From contig JAHQXB010000119.1 of the NCBI GenBank assembly GCA_029856435.1, positions 1 to 10,681 on the forward strand: 10,681 nucleotides of DNA. The letters run 5' to 3'. Below are positions 6,468-10,681 of this stretch, piece after piece. The notes beneath the pieces are model-generated. The model was not told the origin of the DNA. It searched no databases and saw only the letters and a program-made list of their open reading frames with translations. The position numbers and the translations under genes are program-made. Position 1 is the stretch's first letter; every line of letters starts with the position of its first letter. Origin of the DNA: Candidatus Jordarchaeia archaeon (GTDB lineage Archaea; Asgardarchaeota; Jordiarchaeia; Jordiarchaeales; Jordiarchaeaceae).

Positions 6468-8744
6468 GTGTCTGAATTGACCGAAATATACCGTGACAAA
6501 AGTCGCACAATCGAAGAAAGGGTGGAAGACCTCCTATCAAAAATGACCATAGAAGAGAAAGTGGGGCAAATGTCGGGCTTCTTCATGATAACCCCCGACA
6601 TAGCCCTAGAAGCCATAGAAAAATACCATGCAGGAGCCGGAGCCCCATTTCTCCTATGGGAGAAGGCCACCGACCTAACCAACACCGTAAACACTATCCA
6701 GAGCTACGCCTTGGAGAAGACCCGCCTAGGCATACCCCTCCTACTATACACCGATGCTGACCACGGCCACGCCTTCGTTAAGGGAACCACCGTTTTCCCC
6801 CACAACTTGGGCATGGCCTCAACCTGGGACCCAGAATTTTCAAAAAAAGTAGCTGAAGTTTCAGCTAGAGAAACGCGAGCCACAGGCATACACCAGAATC
6901 TCAACCCCGTTTGCGACATTGCCAGAGATCCAAGGTGGGGGAGAACATTTGAAACCTTTGGTGAAAGCCCCTACCTCTGCTCCATTATGGCTGCCGCAAT
7001 GGTGCAGGGCTACCAAGGAGGGGAAGGTTTCATAGTGGACAGCAAACATTTGGCCGCCACAGCTAAGCACTTCCCCGCTTACAGCGCCCCTGAGGGAGGA
7101 GAAGACACCGCACCAGTAGACATCTCAGAGTACACCTTTTACACTGTCCATCTTCCCTCCTTTGAAGCTGCAATAAAGTCTGGAGTCCTATCCATAATGC
7201 CCTGCTACAACGAGATAAATGGGAAGCCAGCGCACGGTTCCTATGAGTACCTCACAGAGCTACTTAGAGGCAAATTGGGGTTTAGAGGAATAGTGGTTTC
7301 GGATTGGGGCGGTGTAGAAATGCTCCACAGATACCATAGGACTGCCGAAGGTTACAAGGACGCTGTGAAACAGGCCGTAGCGGCTGGTCTGGACATTGAC
7401 TCAATTGGAGGAGCCAGATTCTACCAGGCCCTCTTGGAACTGGTCAACAGCGGTGAGATATCTGAGAAGAGGATAGACTTATCGGTGAGGAGAATACTTG
7501 AGGTAAAGTTTAGGTTGGGCCTATTTGAAAAGGTCTATGTGGATCCTGAAGAGACACAAAGAGTTGTGGGAAGTAGCCAGAATAAGGAGTTAGCCCTACA
7601 AGCTTCTAGGAAAAGCATAGTGCTGCTCAAGAATGAGGGCCTCTTACCCTTAAAGAAGGATTTGAACTCCATACTGGTAACTGGGCCGAACGCCGACAAC
7701 TTGGAGGGACTTTTAGGCGGCTGGACAAACCACTTCGGTCCCTGGCCCTCGGCGGTGACCGTTTTGGAAGCCATAAAGGGCAAGGTCTCATCCAAAACCA
7801 AGGTTTCCTATGTGAAGGGCGCAGACTATAATGAGCTGGGGAGCCTAGAGGAAGTAAAGGAGAAGGCTAAGGAGAGCGACGTAGCCATAACTGTCCTTGG
7901 TGAACCAGCCTATATACATGAGTTTTGGAGCTTGGCGGACGCCGCATCAGTTATGAGCTTTGATACTGGTCTGCCCAACGTTGAGCTTACAAAGGAGTTG
8001 AAACAGAAGCTTTTAGCAAGGCTGGACGTATTCCCCTCTCGAGTACTCCTAGAGTTGCCCTATGCGCAGTTGAAGCTGGTTGAGGCGATTCGCGAGGTAG
8101 GCATCCCCATTGTTGCAGTGTTGCTGTTGGGTAGGCCCCTAGCTGTAAAATGGATAGCCGAGAATATACCTGCAATCTTGTTAGCTTTTCACCCGGGCTT
8201 GGAGGGTGGAAGAGCAATAGCCGACGTACTATTCGGAGACTACAATCCCGGAGGAAAATTGCCTGTTTCCATTCCCAGATATGTGGGTCAAATACCAGTA
8301 AGACACAACTTTAAGAGTAGACCCTTCGTTGAGGCTCATCCACCAGCCTATGCTCCGCTCTTCGAATTCGGATATGGTTTAAGCTACACGCGTTTTGAGT
8401 ATAGTGATCTTGAGGTTATCCCCAAAAATGTGGGTGTAGGAGGCAAAGTAAAGGTATCATTAACAGTTAAAAACACTGGCGAAGTGGCTGGAGAGGAGGT
8501 GGTGCAGCTCTATGTTTGTGACGTGTGCAGTTCGCGGGTTACACCCCTCAAAGAGCTAAAAGGATTCACAAAAATATTTTTGAAGCCTGGTGAAAGTCAG
8601 AGAGTTAACCTCCAATTGAACGTAGAAGACCTAGCAGTTTATCAGGGCGGGGGAAGATTCGCTGTGGAGCGTGGCCTATTCAAAATAATGGTTGGAGCCT
8701 CCTGTGAGGACATTAGGCTGGAAGATAGCTTCGAAGTCGTTTAG
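6468..8744 (+). CDS. Glycoside hydrolase family 3 (BglX-like beta-glucosidase/xylosidase) with a C-terminal Fn3-like domain; no signal peptide
   Basis: Motifs: TIEEKVGQM, TRLGIPLL, HG...TVFP, RDPRWGRTFETFGE, AKHF, nucleophile SDW (D codon 7302-7304), SIVLLKN, PGGKLP, LFEFGYGLSYT, EEVVQLY...KELKGFTKI. GTG start 7 nt after the corrinoid stop, with a GGAG upstream. Confidence 0.95.
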   Translation: MSELTEIYRDKSRTIEERVEDLLSKMTIEEKVGQMSGFFMITPDIALEAIEKYHAGAGAPFLLWEKATDLTNTVNTIQSYALEKTRLGIPLLLYTDADHGHAFVKGTTVFPHNLGMASTWDPEFSKKVAEVSARETRATGIHQNLNPVCDIARDPRWGRTFETFGESPYLCSIMAAAMVQGYQGGEGFIVDSKHLAATAKHFPAYSAPEGGEDTAPVDISEYTFYTVHLPSFEAAIKSGVLSIMPCYNEINGKPAHGSYEYLTELLRGKLGFRGIVVSDWGGVEMLHRYHRTAEGYKDAVKQAVAAGLDIDSIGGARFYQALLELVNSGEISEKRIDLSVRRILEVKFRLGLFEKVYVDPEETQRVVGSSQNKELALQASRKSIVLLKNEGLLPLKKDLNSILVTGPNADNLEGLLGGWTNHFGPWPSAVTVLEAIKGKVSSKTKVSYVKGADYNELGSLEEVKEKAKESDVAITVLGEPAYIHEFWSLADAASVMSFDTGLPNVELTKELKQKLLARLDVFPSRVLLELPYAQLKLVEAIREVGIPIVAVLLLGRPLAVKWIAENIPAILLAFHPGLEGGRAIADVLFGDYNPGGKLPVSIPRYVGQIPVRHNFKSRPFVEAHPPAYAPLFEFGYGLSYTRFEYSDLEVIPKNVGVGGKVKVSLTVKNTGEVAGEEVVQLYVCDVCSSRVTPLKELKGFTKIFLKPGESQRVNLQLNVEDLAVYQGGGRFAVERGLFKIMVGASCEDIRLEDSFEVV

Positions 8745-8888
8745 TTCCAAGCGAATCTTCATCCTTGAATCAAATGACCACCTCTTCAAATCTTTTTCCA
8801 TATTTATTGTCTGTACCTATGATACTATTTTTATTTAGGGAACGCCAGAGTATTTCCTGTTAACTCTTTTCATGGAGGGCTGATAAAC

Positions 8889-9443
8889 TTGTCAAGTTCA
8901 AGGCTTCTTTCGCGTGAGCATGCTGCGCTTGTTATTATTGATGTTCAGGAGAAATTGTGGGCTGTAATGCAGGATAAGGAGAGAATTGTGCAGAACATTT
9001 TGAAGTTGATTGATTTTGCTAGGATAGTGGGGCTTCCTATTATAGTTACTGAGCAGTATCCTAAGGGTTTGGGTCCTACAGTTAAACAGATAAGGGATAG
9101 GCTTCCTAGAATTGTGCCCATTGAAAAGACGGTTTTTGACTGTTTTGGAGCTGAAGGCTTCAGGGAAAAAATAAGGGAGCTTAATGTTTCCACCCTAATT
9201 CTTGTGGGTATCGAGTCGCATGTGTGTGTTACTCAAACCGCGCTATCGGGCTTGGATAACAATTTGAGGGTTTGTGTTGTTTCTGACGCTGTTTCTTCTC
9301 GCACGCGGGAAAACTATCAAATTGGAATTGAGCGGATGAGGGACAGTGGAGCTATAATATCCTCCACGGAGATGCTTATGTTTGAACTTTTAAGGGATGC
9401 TAACACTAGAGAATTTAAGGAAGCTCAAAACCTATTTAAATAA
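8889..9443 (+). CDS. Isochorismatase-family cysteine hydrolase (YcaC/ISOC-like)
   Basis: Catalytic triad pattern: IIDVQE (D), IEKTVFDC (K) and GIESHVCV (C), plus TEQYPKGLGPT. TTG start with a GGAGG SD. Confidence 0.92.
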   Translation: MSSSRLLSREHAALVIIDVQEKLWAVMQDKERIVQNILKLIDFARIVGLPIIVTEQYPKGLGPTVKQIRDRLPRIVPIEKTVFDCFGAEGFREKIRELNVSTLILVGIESHVCVTQTALSGLDNNLRVCVVSDAVSSRTRENYQIGIERMRDSGAIISSTEMLMFELLRDANTREFKEAQNLFK

Positions 9444-9467
9444 TAAATCAAATTTTTACAATTGTGA

Positions 9468-9500
9468 TAAACTAGTTTTTTATATAATTTATAGTTATAC
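9468..9500 (+). promoter_or_regulatory. Putative TATA box upstream of the 9581 gene
   Basis: AAACTAGTTTTTTATATAATTTATA within an extremely AT-rich intergenic stretch. Confidence 0.4.
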
Positions 9501-9580
9501 AAAAAACATAGTATTTAATGAAAATGCTTATATTACCCTTATAATCATTCCCAAATACCAAAGTAGTTGGGTGCTGAAAA

Positions 9581-10276
9581 GTGGAGGAATCTAGCTTTAA
9601 AATGCTCGAGGCAGCTCCTAATCTACAGCCAGATATGAGAGCCATAACACAATTAATCACGGATGGAGTTAAGGCACAAGAAAACGTTTATGGCCCCGTA
9701 TTTACCGCAAAGGTGATAGATTACGCTTTACGGCTAGTTTCTAAACAAATAGGTGAAGAAAAGCCCGAAGGTATTACAAACTTAGACCAGTTGGCGGAAT
9801 ATCTGCTCTCAAAAGAATGTAAGCTTCCCCCCCACTGGATATTGCTTTGGGCCGTGTTTAAAACTGAAAAAAAGTTCGAAGGCTATCAGGGGGCGGGAAT
9901 GCGGCTTATGGACATGGGGATTTCCAGAAAAGTGATGGAATCAACCATTGATCTGGAAGGTGACTTATCCGATGTGGGGAGTGTTCTTTCAAAGCTTCGC
10001 CGGAGCACAATTGAAATGAAGGTAGCCCCCCTCAAAATGGGGTACAAGGAAAATGAAGATGGAAGCATAAGTGTACTCCACCAAGATTGTTACTTTTTGG
10101 ATGCATGCCAGCTAGCTTTGAATGAGGGCCTACTAAAAAGAGCAGATGGAAGAATGGTGTGCGGTGTATTCTCACTTGTACGCCAATATCTGAAAAGGGC
10201 TACAGGCCGCGAGTGGGACTATACTATCTCCATATTTGATAAACCAAATTGTGTAGCCAAATTCTTCACAGTTTAA
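9581..10276 (+). CDS. Hypothetical protein with a C-terminal V4R-like Cys-rich domain
   Basis: GTG start with a GGTG SD. The C-terminus HQDCYFLDAC...MVCG...PNCV has four Cys spaced as in V4R/methanogen-output-type small-molecule-binding domains, recognised by eye. Confidence 0.6.
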   Translation: MEESSFKMLEAAPNLQPDMRAITQLITDGVKAQENVYGPVFTAKVIDYALRLVSKQIGEEKPEGITNLDQLAEYLLSKECKLPPHWILLWAVFKTEKKFEGYQGAGMRLMDMGISRKVMESTIDLEGDLSDVGSVLSKLRRSTIEMKVAPLKMGYKENEDGSISVLHQDCYFLDACQLALNEGLLKRADGRMVCGVFSLVRQYLKRATGREWDYTISIFDKPNCVAKFFTV

Positions 10277-10373
10277 TTCTCCATCCCCACAGGTGTAACC
10301 TACCATAAACTTTTAGCACTAATCCAAAAGTATACCTTTTAGCTTCTCTTTCCCCCATGATGTGTTAAGTCAA

Positions 10374-10650
10374 ATCCAAAAACACCTTTTTATGTTGGGG
10401 TTCTACCCTATGTAGAAATTCATAGAATTACATAGGAGTTGGGGCTTCACAGTATCATGCGGCGGCCTCGCGAGTTCATCAGCCGCCTTCCACTCCACCC
10501 CGCTCAGGGTGAACCCGCTCCCCACCTCCACGAATCCACGTCTCCGCTTCTTCACCGACCACTTCTCCTGCGGATGTTGTCGCCAACGCCGTGAGGAGTG
10601 CAGGAGAGGCCTCACGATCGAGCGAAAGAACGTGGTCGGGTGGGGAGAAA
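10374..10650 (-). ncRNA. Predicted TnpB omegaRNA, element B, with an enlarged structured domain
   Basis: Dense perfect stems (plus-strand coordinates): 10518-10526/10639-10647 (9 bp), 10555-10562/10632-10639 (8 bp), 10564-10571/10600-10607 (8 bp), 10590-10596/10610-10616 (7 bp), 10461-10466/10482-10487 (6 bp). Boundaries are inferred. Confidence 0.65.
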
Positions 10651-10681
10651 GACCCTCCATCCTTAGGTGAAGGTTTATGGC
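10394..10681 (-). mobile_element. Right end of a tnpB-carrying IS200/IS605/IS607-family element (element B)
   Basis: On the minus strand: TTCTAC-ATAGG-GTAGAA hairpin (10417-10401), then CCC-CAAC (ending at 10394), mirroring element A. Low-complexity host intergenic DNA follows. Confidence 0.7.
10403..10681 (-). CDS. tnpB: 3' end of a tnpB gene (element B); 5' part lies beyond the window
   Basis: The frame runs from the window edge as AINLHLRMEGLSP...GSGFTLSGVEWKAADELARPPHDTVKPQLLCNSMNFYIG*. AINL is the end of the RuvC-III NAxINh motif, and the tail aligns with element A (INIYHRVRGVSP...GGLPLTVVEQSDPYEPVR...DVVKP). The ORF-track start at 10660 is internal. Confidence 0.8.
   Translation of the reverse strand, partial: AINLHLRMEGLSPHPTTFFRSIVRPLLHSSRRWRQHPQEKWSVKKRRRGFVEVGSGFTLSGVEWKAADELARPPHDTVKPQLLCNSMNFYIG

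Noticed and set aside
2962-9193. Antisense or alternate-frame ORFs (2962..3327, 3219..3680, 4523..4732, 4983..5180, 5905..6381, 6464..6694, 6704..6919, 6861..7070, 7535..7801, 7987..8217, 8945..9193)
   Set aside because: They are shadows of well-supported genes, with no motifs of their own.
9397-9660. ORFs 9397..9594 and 9472..9660
   Set aside because: They span AT-rich intergenic/promoter DNA, are rich in N/Y/I/K and overlap real genes.
10461-10487. CTGATGA read as a hammerhead ribozyme core
   Set aside because: No GAAA follows the stem and there is no three-stem topology. A kink-loop fits better and is shared with element A.
10394-10681. Group II intron 3' end (domains V/VI)
   Set aside because: No catalytic AGC/CGC domain V hairpin. 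The frame encodes a TnpB tail homologous to element A.

Overview
Probably an archaeal chromosomal window. This is inferred from GGTG/GGAGG ribosome-binding sites, GTG/TTG starts, BRE-TATA-like promoters and AF2212/PIN/HEPN toxin-antitoxin families; a Bathyarchaeia-like host is plausible but unproven. The intact core is a divergent cluster: two URO-D/MtaA-CmuA-superfamily proteins (minus strand) face a three-gene unit of a small conserved-looking hypothetical protein, a cobalamin (corrinoid)-binding protein and a cytoplasmic GH3 glycoside hydrolase. These are followed by an isochorismatase-family hydrolase and a Cys-rich V4R-like protein. Left of the core is a tandem DUF3786-like gene and a decayed zone (PIN toxin, AF2212-like antitoxin, tnpB and HEPN/DUF86 pseudogenes). 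The right edge holds the 3' end of a second, oppositely oriented tnpB element. Two things stand out. First, a glycosidase appears co-operonic with a corrinoid methyl-transfer module, suggesting a deglycosylation/O-demethylation pathway. Second, the two divergent tnpB right ends share the same RNA architecture, including a covarying kink-loop (3-nt bulge, GA-N6-GA), a second GA-N6-GA motif and a TCTAC/GTAGA terminal hairpin followed by CAAC, suggesting an L7Ae-bindable omegaRNA.
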